A DNA stretch of 64,000 nt, from the IMG/VR virus record IMGVR_UViG_3300020576_007701. One strand, written 5' to 3'. Shown piece by piece: positions 30,015 through 40,038 of the stretch. The position numbers were made by a program, and so were the translations under genes. Numbering within the stretch: position 1 is the stretch's first letter; each line of letters opens with the position of its first letter. The DNA comes from a virus. Its lineage: Duplodnaviria > Caudoviricetes. The notes under the pieces are model-generated. The model worked only from the letters and a program-made list of their open reading frames with translations. It searched no databases and had not been told where the DNA came from.

Positions 30015-30683
30015 TTATATATTTTTCCAAAAATCTTTGTTAGATAATTGAAAAAGCTTTGTATAATGTTCGTAATCTTCTTTTAATTCTGATGTTGCTG
30101 GAATTACAATTTTCTTTGCAGCCTCATTAAATGGGACCATTCCACGTTTTAATTTTTCGTTACCCTCTTTAAATAAATAAGCGCCAGGTGTTGAAGGAGA
30201 TGAAACAAAATCAAATGCAATTAATTCAAAATCTTCTTGAACAATATCAGCTCCTTGAACAGATTTTACAGAACCCACTCCTCTAGAAGAAATTCCAAGA
30301 GTAAAACCAGCTTTTAATAAACCTTTAAGTTTTTTACCAGCTTCAACATCTTCTGCTACTAAAACTCTACCATAAAGATCTTTACCTTCCCACCACATAT
30401 CAATAACACGGTGTGAAACATTTGCTAAAGAAACAACTGCATTATCTGGGTGATCTAATTCACCTCCCGCAGTATTACTTTCAACAAGTTCCATGTATTT
30501 ATCAACTTCACGTTTCAAAATTGAATAAGGATATATTCTACCATTTCTATTTTCCGTGTCTGCTTTTTGAAGAATACCAGTCATCATAAGAGGTTTTCCA
30601 AGCTGTTCTGCTTCTTTAATAAGTTTAGTATTTGTTTTAAACTCAAAGAATTCTGAAATTATATACTTAGGATCGTTTAACAT
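30015..30683 (-). CDS. Prohead core protease, T4 gp21-like
   Basis: NRNGRIYP, GELDHP, VSH, GISSRGVGS, DFVSSPSTPGA. Confidence 0.95.
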   Translation of the reverse strand: MLNDPKYIISEFFEFKTNTKLIKEAEQLGKPLMMTGILQKADTENRNGRIYPYSILKREVDKYMELVESNTAGGELDHPDNAVVSLANVSHRVIDMWWEGKDLYGRVLVAEDVEAGKKLKGLLKAGFTLGISSRGVGSVKSVQGADIVQEDFELIAFDFVSSPSTPGAYLFKEGNEKLKRGMVPFNEAAKKIVIPATSELKEDYEHYTKLFQLSNKDFWKNI

Positions 30684-30739
30684 GTTGTAAAAGAATTTAT
30701 TATAAATAATAACTTTTTTTCTGTTTTCGATTAGACAAT

Positions 30740-30769
30740 AAAAAAACCCTCAATAAATTGAGGGTTTTT
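30740..30769 (-). terminator. Terminator hairpin
   Basis: AAAAACCCTCAAT-AA-ATTGAGGGTTTTT. Confidence 0.75.
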
Positions 30770-30791
30770 GTAAATTATTAATGTTTTTTTA

Positions 30792-31334
30792 TTAAAACAT
30801 GTCGCCGCCGCCTTCTTCTGATATCATTTCTTGTGCAGTATCTTTTGCCACTGAAAATGCCCCAGTATAATCTCCATCTTCCAACATTGACTCCATTTCA
30901 TCTAATCCATTTGCAAACGTTGCAGAATCTGGTAAATCAGAACTTGAAAGACCTAACATTTTACCAATGAAAAAATCAATTATTTTTACAGATGCTCCCC
31001 TAGCACCCTTATCTGCTATCCATTTTTGCACAGTTGCGATTGTTTTTTCTGAAAGAGCTGGCTTTTTTTGTCCGTCTTCTTCTTTGATTTTACTAGGACT
31101 CATAGCTCTATTAAGAGATTTTTTATCAATATTTTTTTCAAATTCACTTTGTCCAAGAGGAACAAATACGCCGCCAGAATTTTGTATATCTTTTTTTGCG
31201 GCATTCATAGCCATTCTATCAATTTCTGATAATTGAGTTTTATTATTTTCTTCTTTTAAAATTTCAAGTTGATAAAGTTTTTTCGCTTCAGAAATAATGT
31301 AATTTTTAAATGATGAAAGAGAGATTTTTGCCAT
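30792..31334 (-). CDS. Putative internal head protein
   Basis: Several (I/L)xE sites (IISE, ILKE, LSE, IKE); TATTTAT upstream; beside protease. Confidence 0.5.
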   Translation of the reverse strand: MAKISLSSFKNYIISEAKKLYQLEILKEENNKTQLSEIDRMAMNAAKKDIQNSGGVFVPLGQSEFEKNIDKKSLNRAMSPSKIKEEDGQKKPALSEKTIATVQKWIADKGARGASVKIIDFFIGKMLGLSSSDLPDSATFANGLDEMESMLEDGDYTGAFSVAKDTAQEMISEEGGGDMF

Positions 31335-31376
31335 GATTATTTATTTTTTAATAAATATACATGAAAATCAAAAAAA

Positions 31377-31886
31377 TTAAATTGAAGTTTTATTTATTTG
31401 GAACTTTGACTCTCCTTGTATTATTTTGGCATCCCCTATGATATTGCTTATTCTTACTGCTTCATCATATAACTTTGTATTCTTTTTAACGCTAAGCGGA
31501 AGTTTTTCCCCACTAAACAAATTGCTGGTATGCAGATATAATTCCACTGAAATAAAATTTCTTTTATCGTTATAATTTAGATTGTCTGGAATGTTTTTTA
31601 TATAAATATTTTCTTTTTCTTTTGGGAAAAAAGAGTTGTTGTTCAATTCTTTTTTTAGCCTTTCTGTATATATTTGGCCCAACTCCTTATCTAACGAGCT
31701 TTTTAACACATCTTGTTCTTGAGATTTGTATTCATCTTTTGGTTGTAACCAAAAACTTACGAATAAATATATAGTCTCTGGACTCTCTCTATTTTCAACT
31801 GTTCCAACTTTTACATTTATATTTTTATTCACCAATAGCTTATCTGCTACTTTAATTTCTCTAGCTGTGCGTTTGTATTTTGACAT
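31377..31886 (-). CDS. Hypothetical head-cluster protein
   Basis: 169-aa ORF. Confidence 0.6.
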   Translation of the reverse strand: MSKYKRTAREIKVADKLLVNKNINVKVGTVENRESPETIYLFVSFWLQPKDEYKSQEQDVLKSSLDKELGQIYTERLKKELNNNSFFPKEKENIYIKNIPDNLNYNDKRNFISVELYLHTSNLFSGEKLPLSVKKNTKLYDEAVRISNIIGDAKIIQGESKFQINKTSI

Positions 31887-31931
31887 ATTAAATTATTGTT
31901 TAAAAAATATAAACATTTTTTTGTTATAAAC

Positions 31932-31961
31932 AAAAAAACCTGCTAAAATAGCAGGTTTTTT
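31932..31961 (-). terminator. Terminator hairpin
   Basis: AAAAAACCTGCTA-AAA-TAGCAGGTTTTTT. Confidence 0.75.
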
Positions 31962-31962
31962 A

Positions 31963-32787
31963 TTAACTTAATAATTCTTTTAATTCAATACAAGATATAA
32001 TCCCCTCATCAAGCGTGGTGTGGTTTACACCCTTCATTTTTTCTAATTTAGTTTTAAACTCACTTAAAACATTAATGGATTTTATATCTGAAGAATATTT
32101 GGTTTTAACTTCTTCTAATTTTTTATCCACAAGTTGCATTGTCTCAAGTCTAATTGTTTCTAGGTAATTAACCCTTGTTTCAACATCTGAAACTAAAATT
32201 TTAAAAACTTTTTTTTCATTCTCGTTTAAATGTTCAAATCTATCATTAAAATTGCTAACAGCAACTTTGGTAATAAATTTCCACGCATCTTTAACAAGTT
32301 TTGGAGCGTCTGTTTTTTCATTAGATTTTTCTGACTCAGACACCACTGGTCTAAGCAAGTGATCCATTACAACCTCATAGCTTTTTTGCTCATTTTCAAA
32401 ATCAACAAAACCAGGTTTAGTTCTAGCTTCTATTAAAACATTCATCGCTTCAAATAATTTACCGTCTTTTCTAGCTTCCACATGCATGTCATCTAAAAAC
32501 TCTCGTCTTATTTTTTTGTTTTCAGCCATTATATGTTCCCATTTTTCATTTATAAAAAGTTGAAGATTTTGATTTAAAAATCTATCAGCCAATCTTTCTT
32601 TATCAAAAGATTTACATTCTTGAATACTTTTATAAAAAAGGTGTTGTTTTTGAAGAACAGGTATCTTCTTTACTACTTTAGCAAAACTATCTAAAGTGGC
32701 GCTTTTTGACTCTTTTATCATTTCTGAAGCGGATAACTTCATTATTGAGTCTCTTATTGCTCCAAAATTAAAACTGATTTCTCTCAT
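31963..32787 (-). CDS. Helical head-cluster hypothetical protein
   Basis: 274-aa ORF with TATTTAT upstream. Confidence 0.6.
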   Translation of the reverse strand: MREISFNFGAIRDSIMKLSASEMIKESKSATLDSFAKVVKKIPVLQKQHLFYKSIQECKSFDKERLADRFLNQNLQLFINEKWEHIMAENKKIRREFLDDMHVEARKDGKLFEAMNVLIEARTKPGFVDFENEQKSYEVVMDHLLRPVVSESEKSNEKTDAPKLVKDAWKFITKVAVSNFNDRFEHLNENEKKVFKILVSDVETRVNYLETIRLETMQLVDKKLEEVKTKYSSDIKSINVLSEFKTKLEKMKGVNHTTLDEGIISCIELKELLS

Positions 32788-32829
32788 TGTCTGGTTTTTA
32801 TATAGGTTTTACAATAAATATCTAATTTT

Positions 32830-32861
32830 TTTGCATGTCAATAAAAAAAATAGTATATTTG
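32830..32861 (+). promoter_or_regulatory. Bacteroidota-type promoter for vWA gene
   Basis: TTTG-N20-TATATTTG exact consensus. Confidence 0.7.
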
Positions 32862-32906
32862 TTACTCTATTATTGTAAAATATAAAAAAATTTAAACGAA
32901 AAGCAC

Positions 32907-35216
32907 ATGATTAATTATGTAAAAGTCAAAAAAGACCTGTATTTCGCCCAACAAATTATTGGGACTGCAGCTCAAAAAGAAAAAATTGTTGAGGTTAATA
33001 CTCATCATTTATTCATTATAGATTGTTCTGGCTCAATGCATGGGCAACTTTCTCAAATTAGAAAAGATTTATTTAACAAAATCTCTACTATTTTAAAACC
33101 TAACGACTCTACAACCATTATTTGGTTCTCTGGTAAAAATGAATTTGGTGTGGTTTTAGAAGATTATCAAGCAAACGGTAAAATGAGCTTAACAAACATT
33201 AAGGCCGCCATTGATAAATATTTAACTTCACAAGGTTTAACAGCATTTAAACAACCATTACAAGAGGCTAAAAAAGTGATTCAAAATGTAATTAAAACTA
33301 AAAAAGATTATTTACACTCACTATTTTTCTTAACAGATGGTTGCGATAATTGCTGGCCAGAAAAAGAAATTCTTAGCGCCATTGATGATTTAAAAGAGTT
33401 TGTAAACGGCGCTACAATTGTAGAATATGGTTACTATTGCAATAGAGAACTTATGAGCAGAATGGCTCAAACGTTTGGCGGTATCCACACTGTTTCTAAA
33501 AACTTTCAAGATTTAAACCCATATCTTGATAAACAATTTTCAAGCGACAACAAAAGTAAAAAAACTTATGTTCAATTAGAAGCTATTCCAGAAAGCCAAG
33601 TAGTTTGGAATGTTGTTGATAAAGATGTAATTCTTTATTCTCCAAATGAAAGCAATGAAGTGGCTATTGGCGTAGATGGAGAAACGAGTATTTATTACCT
33701 TACCAAAAAAGAACCAATTGGCAAATCTCTTGGAGATGCAGATTATTTCAACAAACAATATTCAAGCGGCAAATATTCTAATGATGAAATTCTTAAAGGA
33801 TTTTATGCAGCGTTTTTTGCTTTCAGTAGAAAAAGTGATTACAACACTGTGTCAGACTTATTGAAAATGACAGGTGATGCAAATTTAATCAAGATTAAAG
33901 CAAATACTTTCGGAACTCAAAAAATTACTGAATTAGAAGAAAAATTTGTGTCTTGTGTAAATGACTCTTCTCAAAGATATTTGATTGGATATAATCCAGA
34001 TCTTGAACCAGCCGAGGACGCATATTGCGTTATTGACATGTTAACTGATCTTATGAGTAATGAAAAAAATGCTTGGTACCCACAACATGAAGCTTTCTCA
34101 TACAAAAAGATAGGTTCAAAAACTGTATCTAAAGCAGAAACAGTAAATAAAGAAGATAAAGCTAAAATGGAACAACTTCTTAAAGAGGGTAAATTAGAAG
34201 ATTTACAAAGCGCTCTTGATGAAGCAAAAAATAAATTAGGAGAAGATCTTGAATTTTTTTACGATAATGACTTGCAACCATGTTCTTTCAACGACCTTAC
34301 TTGGAATGAAAAAAGGGCAAATCTCTCAGTTCTTGTGACATATCCAGGATACGTTATGCTTCCAGAAAACAATTTTGGAATTGAATCTAAATTCAAAACA
34401 ATGATCTTCAGAAATTACACAATTGTAAAAGATGGAATAATCCACTCTTATAATTTACCAGTTTCTTTATCAGAAGACACATTTAAAAAATTGCAATTAA
34501 ACGGTTTATTACCAGGAGAAACTTATCAAAGTGAAAAAATTTATGTTTTAAATTTTGAAGAAGTTCCTGTAATAAATAGAAAAATGGTAAGTTCATTGTC
34601 CGCTGTAGATGTATTTACAAACTCTTGGGAGTTGTTAAAACTTCAATCAGCAAACACTGTATTTACAGCTCTTAAAAAGAGATTGTTTAAAGGTGTTGAT
34701 AAAAAATTCGAAGATCTATATGGCACAGATGCTACCACTTGGTTAGCTAGTCTTGGCCTTAAAGATAGCGGTTTTGCGCCTGCTAAACTTGTTGAAAAAG
34801 CTGGAGAAGAAATTGTTGTTAATACACTTGAAATTAAAATTGATAAATTATCAACAAGCAATTCAGCAAAAGATGTTGAAGCAACTGAAAAAATGTTAGA
34901 TTCCAATGGAGCAGTAACAGGTCGTCAAGAATTGTTGGTACCAGCTATCAATGAGTTTAGGCAATTTGTAAAAGGTCTTAAAGATCCTAATGATATGGAC
35001 GCTATTAAAGATTGGTTATATGACAAATCTCGTTCTTTCAGAACTCAAAAAACAAGATTAATGACAGAGATTTCAAAATCTAAATTTTTAACCATTGTTG
35101 GAAAGTCTTGGTTTAAAGAATTTCCAGATAGAAGTCAAAAAGAAATGACTTTAAATCTTGATTCAAAAGATATCAAGTTTATTGTTGAAGATAAAATGTC
35201 TACAGTTAAACTTTAA
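32907..35216 (+). CDS. vWA-domain protein (769 aa)
   Basis: MIDAS motif DCSGSM, GLT, FLTDG. Confidence 0.85.
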   Translation: MINYVKVKKDLYFAQQIIGTAAQKEKIVEVNTHHLFIIDCSGSMHGQLSQIRKDLFNKISTILKPNDSTTIIWFSGKNEFGVVLEDYQANGKMSLTNIKAAIDKYLTSQGLTAFKQPLQEAKKVIQNVIKTKKDYLHSLFFLTDGCDNCWPEKEILSAIDDLKEFVNGATIVEYGYYCNRELMSRMAQTFGGIHTVSKNFQDLNPYLDKQFSSDNKSKKTYVQLEAIPESQVVWNVVDKDVILYSPNESNEVAIGVDGETSIYYLTKKEPIGKSLGDADYFNKQYSSGKYSNDEILKGFYAAFFAFSRKSDYNTVSDLLKMTGDANLIKIKANTFGTQKITELEEKFVSCVNDSSQRYLIGYNPDLEPAEDAYCVIDMLTDLMSNEKNAWYPQHEAFSYKKIGSKTVSKAETVNKEDKAKMEQLLKEGKLEDLQSALDEAKNKLGEDLEFFYDNDLQPCSFNDLTWNEKRANLSVLVTYPGYVMLPENNFGIESKFKTMIFRNYTIVKDGIIHSYNLPVSLSEDTFKKLQLNGLLPGETYQSEKIYVLNFEEVPVINRKMVSSLSAVDVFTNSWELLKLQSANTVFTALKKRLFKGVDKKFEDLYGTDATTWLASLGLKDSGFAPAKLVEKAGEEIVVNTLEIKIDKLSTSNSAKDVEATEKMLDSNGAVTGRQELLVPAINEFRQFVKGLKDPNDMDAIKDWLYDKSRSFRTQKTRLMTEISKSKFLTIVGKSWFKEFPDRSQKEMTLNLDSKDIKFIVEDKMSTVKL

Positions 35217-35228
35217 GTTTACACGCAG

Positions 35229-35262
35229 CAAAAAAAGCCCCAGGATCACTGGGGCTTTTTTT
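35229..35262. terminator. Bidirectional terminator
   Basis: AAAAAAAGCCCCAG-GATCA-CTGGGGCTTTTTTT between convergent genes. Confidence 0.8.
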
Positions 35263-35458
35263 ATTTCTTATCAAACCACTTCCATCCCAACAACATCCTA
35301 GTTGTAATTCTGTGAAACCATGATGGTTTTTTATAATACATAAAAGCTGTTGAATATGCGCCGCCATCTCCTCCAGTAATATCGTAACCACCAACAATTT
35401 TTGGTTGTGTTGACAATGAAAAAGAATCAACGGAATATTCACCTGATGCCATTTGCAT
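35261..35458 (-). CDS. Small hypothetical protein
   Basis: Start reassigned to ATG 35458 just after the GT stop; ends KKPSWFHRITTRMLLGWKW. Confidence 0.55.
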   Translation of the reverse strand: MQMASGEYSVDSFSLSTQPKIVGGYDITGGDGGAYSTAFMYYKKPSWFHRITTRMLLGWKWFDKK

Positions 35459-35460
35459 AA

Positions 35461-36810
35461 TTATACGGTTTGAGGTGCTGATATAGATTGAATATAAGCG
35501 TCTCTTTCTGCTTTTCTTGTCTGACACATGTCTCTATAGAATTGAGCTCTCTGAGCGCTCACAATTTCCATTTCATAGGTATTTTTTACCCACTCATGTA
35601 AATTATTTGCCAAGGTATCTCTATAATCTTTATCTAAGATTACTTTTTTGATAGCTTTGTACCAACCATCTTTATTGTTTTTTACAAGAATACCATTCAC
35701 TCCGTCTTTAATAAGTTCACGATAAATACCAAAATCTTGAGCAATAATACACTTCTTTTTCATACCAGCCTCTACAATTTTAAGTTCAGATTTAACTAAG
35801 TTAAAGTTATTTGGAACTGATTTTATTGTGCCTGGTCTAGGATCATTTTCGTGTACCACTTCCCCGCTTTGTAAAACCTTCACTCTGTCAACTTCTTGGA
35901 TTGGCGCTAATGTTACGTCACAATAATCATAGTGCTTACCAAATTGAGTAAGAGGTAAAGTCCATCTACGAACATAACTTTTGTTATATTGTTCTGCGTA
36001 CTCTTCTCTTTTTATTTTCATTAACCATTTAAAATATTCAGGATCTTCAAGTTTTAATTGAGAATATTTGTTTGTAAATATTTCTTCAAACTTACACCAA
36101 ATTGTTTCATGTGGTAATATCGCCCTTGTATTTCTAGAGCCATCTTGTGCAACCTCTGTTATAGAGCCACGAATATCAAAACCACACATAATGAATTGAA
36201 ACTTATCTTTTACTTCTTGATTACCATATAAAAGAGACATAGAATGATCTATTAAACTTAAATCATGCATATGTGAACTACCACCTATCCAAGAAATTCT
36301 ACACTTTTCTGAAGGGTTTGGTTGAACTTCAGATTTCCACATAGCATGACTTGCATCTATTGCATTTGGAATAACATGAACATTTTTATTGTATGCTTTA
36401 ATGTGAGAAGCAAATATGTCCGTTGTACACGTTACATAATCTGCTATTTTCATTGTGCTTAATATTTTTTCAGTAAGTTTTTCTGTTTTTGCCACCTCAT
36501 ATAAAGGGTGTGTGGTTGCTGGAGCCCAATAGTCATCAATATCCATAATTAATACAACGCCAGCAGCCCTTAATTCAGCAAACACAGCATCCTGCGTTTC
36601 AACTGGACCAAGAGCTCTATGAAAATGGATAATATCAAATTGTTTTAAATATGCCAAATTTTCCACATTTGGACCAAGATTAATTTCAATCTCAAACTCT
36701 TCGCCATAATGTTTTTCAAGGGATTGCGCTGGCCAAATATTTCTCCAATGACCCACGCCGTGTGAGTCCGAGGGTACCATTAATACTCGTATTTTTCTAT
36801 TTTCACTCAT
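35461..36810 (-). CDS. GT-B fold glycosyltransferase (GT4-like)
   Basis: DIDDYW, VIPNAI, WIGGSSH, DVTLAP, KSELKIVEAG, NGILV. Confidence 0.8.
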   Translation of the reverse strand: MSENRKIRVLMVPSDSHGVGHWRNIWPAQSLEKHYGEEFEIEINLGPNVENLAYLKQFDIIHFHRALGPVETQDAVFAELRAAGVVLIMDIDDYWAPATTHPLYEVAKTEKLTEKILSTMKIADYVTCTTDIFASHIKAYNKNVHVIPNAIDASHAMWKSEVQPNPSEKCRISWIGGSSHMHDLSLIDHSMSLLYGNQEVKDKFQFIMCGFDIRGSITEVAQDGSRNTRAILPHETIWCKFEEIFTNKYSQLKLEDPEYFKWLMKIKREEYAEQYNKSYVRRWTLPLTQFGKHYDYCDVTLAPIQEVDRVKVLQSGEVVHENDPRPGTIKSVPNNFNLVKSELKIVEAGMKKKCIIAQDFGIYRELIKDGVNGILVKNNKDGWYKAIKKVILDKDYRDTLANNLHEWVKNTYEMEIVSAQRAQFYRDMCQTRKAERDAYIQSISAPQTV

Positions 36811-37588
36811 TTATAATTTGTTTTATATGTTTAATTGTTTTTTCTTTTTGAAACATATAATCTTGTTCCCAAATTATAAAGAGTTTATAACCACTTTTTT
36901 CAGCTAACTCTTTTTTTATTCTATCTTGCTCCCAAAGCTCATGTGCATACTTTTGTTTTTTTTGATTGAAATAGTCTGCTTTATACTTGTTTGGATTGCA
37001 ATGCCAGTAATCGCCATTATATTCGATGATCACATTTTTGCCTTTTATTAATATATCGTATTTTAAATTCTCTATCTTAAATTGACCTTCTATAATAAAA
37101 CCACTTTTCTCTAATTCTGTTTTTATTTCTTTTTCAGCTTTTGATATTGGAGTTGTATTAAGCTTACCATTAGCCTGGTTTACATAAGCGTTTTTACGTT
37201 GTATAGCTTTTACATGATCTAGACTGCCATCTTTGTATTTTGTTTTTAAAGCCTCTGATACTGATTTTCTATGTATTGGATTGGCCATGACATTATCACT
37301 TCCACAACATTGACCAGTTCTTGATTTAGAATTCTGAATTTTAGATTTAATACTATGTTTTTTTCCAAAAAAAGGATTATTTTTCCCTGTTTTCGAACAC
37401 TTCAAACAAAGCGCCTTGGCTACTTCAGCTTTTCTAATATTTCTCAACAATATAGCATAATCCAAAGAAGTTTGATGTATGTTCTCTTTGCAATCTGGAC
37501 ATTGCCTATATCCATACCATCTATTATCTTTTTGATAAACTTTAAATTTTGCTATCTCCTCCTGAAGTTGCTCTTGTGTTCTTCTCAT
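36803..37588 (-). CDS. NUMOD3 + Vsr/DUF559-like endonuclease
   Basis: GKNNPFFGKKHS (NUMOD3), YDILI...IIEYNGDYWH, IIWE; start reassigned to 37588. Confidence 0.75.
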   Translation of the reverse strand: MRRTQEQLQEEIAKFKVYQKDNRWYGYRQCPDCKENIHQTSLDYAILLRNIRKAEVAKALCLKCSKTGKNNPFFGKKHSIKSKIQNSKSRTGQCCGSDNVMANPIHRKSVSEALKTKYKDGSLDHVKAIQRKNAYVNQANGKLNTTPISKAEKEIKTELEKSGFIIEGQFKIENLKYDILIKGKNVIIEYNGDYWHCNPNKYKADYFNQKKQKYAHELWEQDRIKKELAEKSGYKLFIIWEQDYMFQKEKTIKHIKQIINE

Positions 37589-37645
37589 AATTATTCCCTT
37601 TGTCCTACATCTAAATAGTCTTAAAAATGTAAAACAATTCATCCA

Positions 37646-37694
37646 AAAAATAAAAACCAGATCACATACACAAGATGATCTGGTTTTTATTTTT
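37646..37694 (-). terminator. Long inverted repeat/terminator
   Basis: AAAATAAAAACCAGATCA-N11-TGATCTGGTTTTTATTTT. Confidence 0.75.
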
Positions 37695-37706
37695 AAAAGT
37701 TATTTA

Positions 37707-38309
37707 TTATTCTATCTTTTCTGCTATTATAGTGAATTCGCATTTGCCCCACTTTCCTGTCATTTTATCAAAAACACCTGTGTTGTTTAAAAAAGATGGG
37801 TTAAAATCTTCTCCATATATTCCAGGAACTCTTAAGTCAATTACTAATTTTTTTTCTAGAACAGAACTGTGTATTTCACCCCAAGATTTTATTTGAGAAA
37901 AATACGGGATTATTCCACCACGAGGTATTATTTTTTTGTCTCTATAAAATATATCGGTATCAGTCACTAAATTAAAAATATCAAATGGAGTGTCTATAAT
38001 TAATTCACAAATACCACTTTTAAAAGAATGTGAAGAATCTACTATCACTGTAGTTCCTTTCTTTTTTTGTTCAGATATTTCTCCAGTAGTCGGATGTTCA
38101 ATTATCTTCGAATCTAAGAGATAAGTTTCAAGCGATGGAGTAATTGTTCGAAAATAGGTGTCAGAACCAGAAGGTTTAAATTCTATCGGACCTGTTCCTA
38201 AAAAAATTTGTTTTAAACCTTCTTGAATAAGGTGTTTTTCTATGCCGCTAACAGCATTTTTGTCAGATAAGGCAGCACGTAGCTCCTCCTTGTTGATTTT
38301 GTAATTCAT
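37707..38309 (-). CDS. Stand-alone paralogue of the MCP insertion domain
   Basis: GGIIPYFSQIKSW and DLRVPGIYGEDFNPSFLNN vs MCP GGRIPFYSQVQTW and DLRVNGIYGTDFNPLMLNN. Confidence 0.8.
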   Translation of the reverse strand: MNYKINKEELRAALSDKNAVSGIEKHLIQEGLKQIFLGTGPIEFKPSGSDTYFRTITPSLETYLLDSKIIEHPTTGEISEQKKKGTTVIVDSSHSFKSGICELIIDTPFDIFNLVTDTDIFYRDKKIIPRGGIIPYFSQIKSWGEIHSSVLEKKLVIDLRVPGIYGEDFNPSFLNNTGVFDKMTGKWGKCEFTIIAEKIE

Positions 38310-38374
38310 TGTTTTTCATTTTTTAATTTAACTTCCATGTGGTTGATCCACATAGTTCTGTATTTGTGTATAGA

Positions 38375-38405
38375 AAAATATATACAAATCAAATCAAAAA
38401 ACAAA
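38375..38405 (-). promoter_or_regulatory. Possible host-type promoter for MCP insertion-domain paralogue
   Basis: TTTG-N19-TATATTTT on minus strand. Confidence 0.4.
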
Positions 38406-38424
38406 ATGAATTTTTATTTAAATA

Positions 38425-38450
38425 AAAAACCACCTGTGCAAGGTGGTTTT
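38425..38450 (-). terminator. Terminator hairpin
   Basis: AAAACCACCT-GTGCA-AGGTGGTTTT. Confidence 0.7.
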
Positions 38451-38530
38451 GGTTAAGTAGCCTTTAGATTTGAGCAGTGGTAATTAAGCACTTAAGCTTA
38501 AAAGGCATTATTAAATACAAATATACTAAT

Positions 38531-38803
38531 TTATTTAGCGTTTTTATAATTATCAACTTCTTTGCTAGCGGCTTCTAAACTGCTTTCGTTGTAATTTTCA
38601 CAAAGTTGAAGATTAAGATCGTTGTCAAAATTTCTATCTATTTTGATTAGATTTCTTCTTTCTTGAATGTCAATTGTCGTAGTCATTCTTGAGTCTGCAA
38701 CACAAAATTCATTTGGTTTTAAAATCATTCCAATTGTAATCGTGTTGGTTTTAGCCACTGCAACCTTTACTGGGTTAGGACTTACGTTTTTAATTTTCCA
38801 CAT
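38531..38803 (-). CDS. Hypothetical protein
   Basis: 90-aa ORF; CATTTATA variant motif upstream. Confidence 0.6.
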   Translation of the reverse strand: MWKIKNVSPNPVKVAVAKTNTITIGMILKPNEFCVADSRMTTTIDIQERRNLIKIDRNFDNDLNLQLCENYNESSLEAASKEVDNYKNAK

Positions 38804-38848
38804 ATTTTCTTTTTTTTTAATATAAATGTTATTTCCAAAAAACTAAAG

Positions 38849-39937
38849 TTATTTGGTGTAACATTTTCTAGTTGATATTTTATTTACTGGAGTATAGTAA
38901 GTATTACCTTCAATAAGCCACTCCTGAACTTCTGAATTTTCTCTAACTAAAAGTGTTTTATCGTTTTTGTCAAGAGCTTCTTTTAATTTTTTAGGGGTAT
39001 CAATTTTTTGAAAATCATCTACAATTGTACGCATGTTTAAATCAAAATTTTCTTTAACAACAATTGGTACATTAGCACTAATAGTGTTTCCACCTTCGAA
39101 TGAAAGATTGCTTGTGTCAAGTGTTCCGATTAGATTAGTTGTATAAGGCTTTCCGCTGCTTATTGGGTTGTCTTGAGCAATTTGTTTTTGCAACATCCTC
39201 ATCACAATATCTTCAACTGTTTTTTGAAGATCTACTGAAGAAGCAATTTGTCTCACAATTTGAGAATCATCTGTAGAGGTAACTCCATTCATTGCGTTTT
39301 GTACGGCGTATGGATTTTCTTTATATTTAGCCTGCGCTTCAAAATCAGGGTCAAATCTTTTTTCAGCAAACACTGTAGTGCCGTTTGAAAAATCATATTC
39401 CATTTCTCCGATTTTTTCAAGCTTAGCAAGAAAAACTTCCGCTTTCTTTTGGCCATTATCTAACCATAACTCACGCATTGATTTTTTTACATCTGGATCA
39501 GCAAATGTTCTTATTGGTTTAAGAGAAAGGTTTTCGCCACTTTCACTTAGTTCATTTTGACTAAAAATAATTACTTTACCTGGTTGTACTTTATCTAAAA
39601 AAGATGGCAATTCTGGTGTATATTCTGGAATGTTTCCACTTGTACCTTGATCTACATTTTGTCCAGGTGTTTGAGTTCCATCGAATGTTGTGTTTACAGT
39701 TTCTATACTTTCTCCTTCTTCTGGTCCCATTATTGGTTCTTCCGAAGGGTCTTCTGCAAGGTTAGACATTACAGCTTCTGGTATCATTTCTGGAATTTCA
39801 TTAATAGCTTTTTCGTGATTGTAAGCACTCATAACTTTTAATTTTATTTGTTCAATGGCCGCATCATCTAAAACGCCATTTAAGTTCATTTGAGATACTT
39901 GATCACCAATCATAGCTTTAAGCTCTTGCATATTCAT
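38849..39937 (-). CDS. Acidic late hypothetical protein (possible head-core component)
   Basis: 362 aa; INE, VKE, LKE, VRE sites; TATTTAT upstream. Confidence 0.55.
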   Translation of the reverse strand: MNMQELKAMIGDQVSQMNLNGVLDDAAIEQIKLKVMSAYNHEKAINEIPEMIPEAVMSNLAEDPSEEPIMGPEEGESIETVNTTFDGTQTPGQNVDQGTSGNIPEYTPELPSFLDKVQPGKVIIFSQNELSESGENLSLKPIRTFADPDVKKSMRELWLDNGQKKAEVFLAKLEKIGEMEYDFSNGTTVFAEKRFDPDFEAQAKYKENPYAVQNAMNGVTSTDDSQIVRQIASSVDLQKTVEDIVMRMLQKQIAQDNPISSGKPYTTNLIGTLDTSNLSFEGGNTISANVPIVVKENFDLNMRTIVDDFQKIDTPKKLKEALDKNDKTLLVRENSEVQEWLIEGNTYYTPVNKISTRKCYTK

Positions 39938-40038
39938 AACTGTGTGTTTTTTATATAAATAGCTTATTTTTTGTGTTTTTGATTTTAGCTATTTACATTC
40001 TTAAAAAATAAGCTTATTTATTAAGAAAGCAATAATTT

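Noticed and set aside
38460-38506. Imperfect hairpin as a small RNA
   Set aside because: Short, adjacent to a terminator, no recognisable family; insufficient support.
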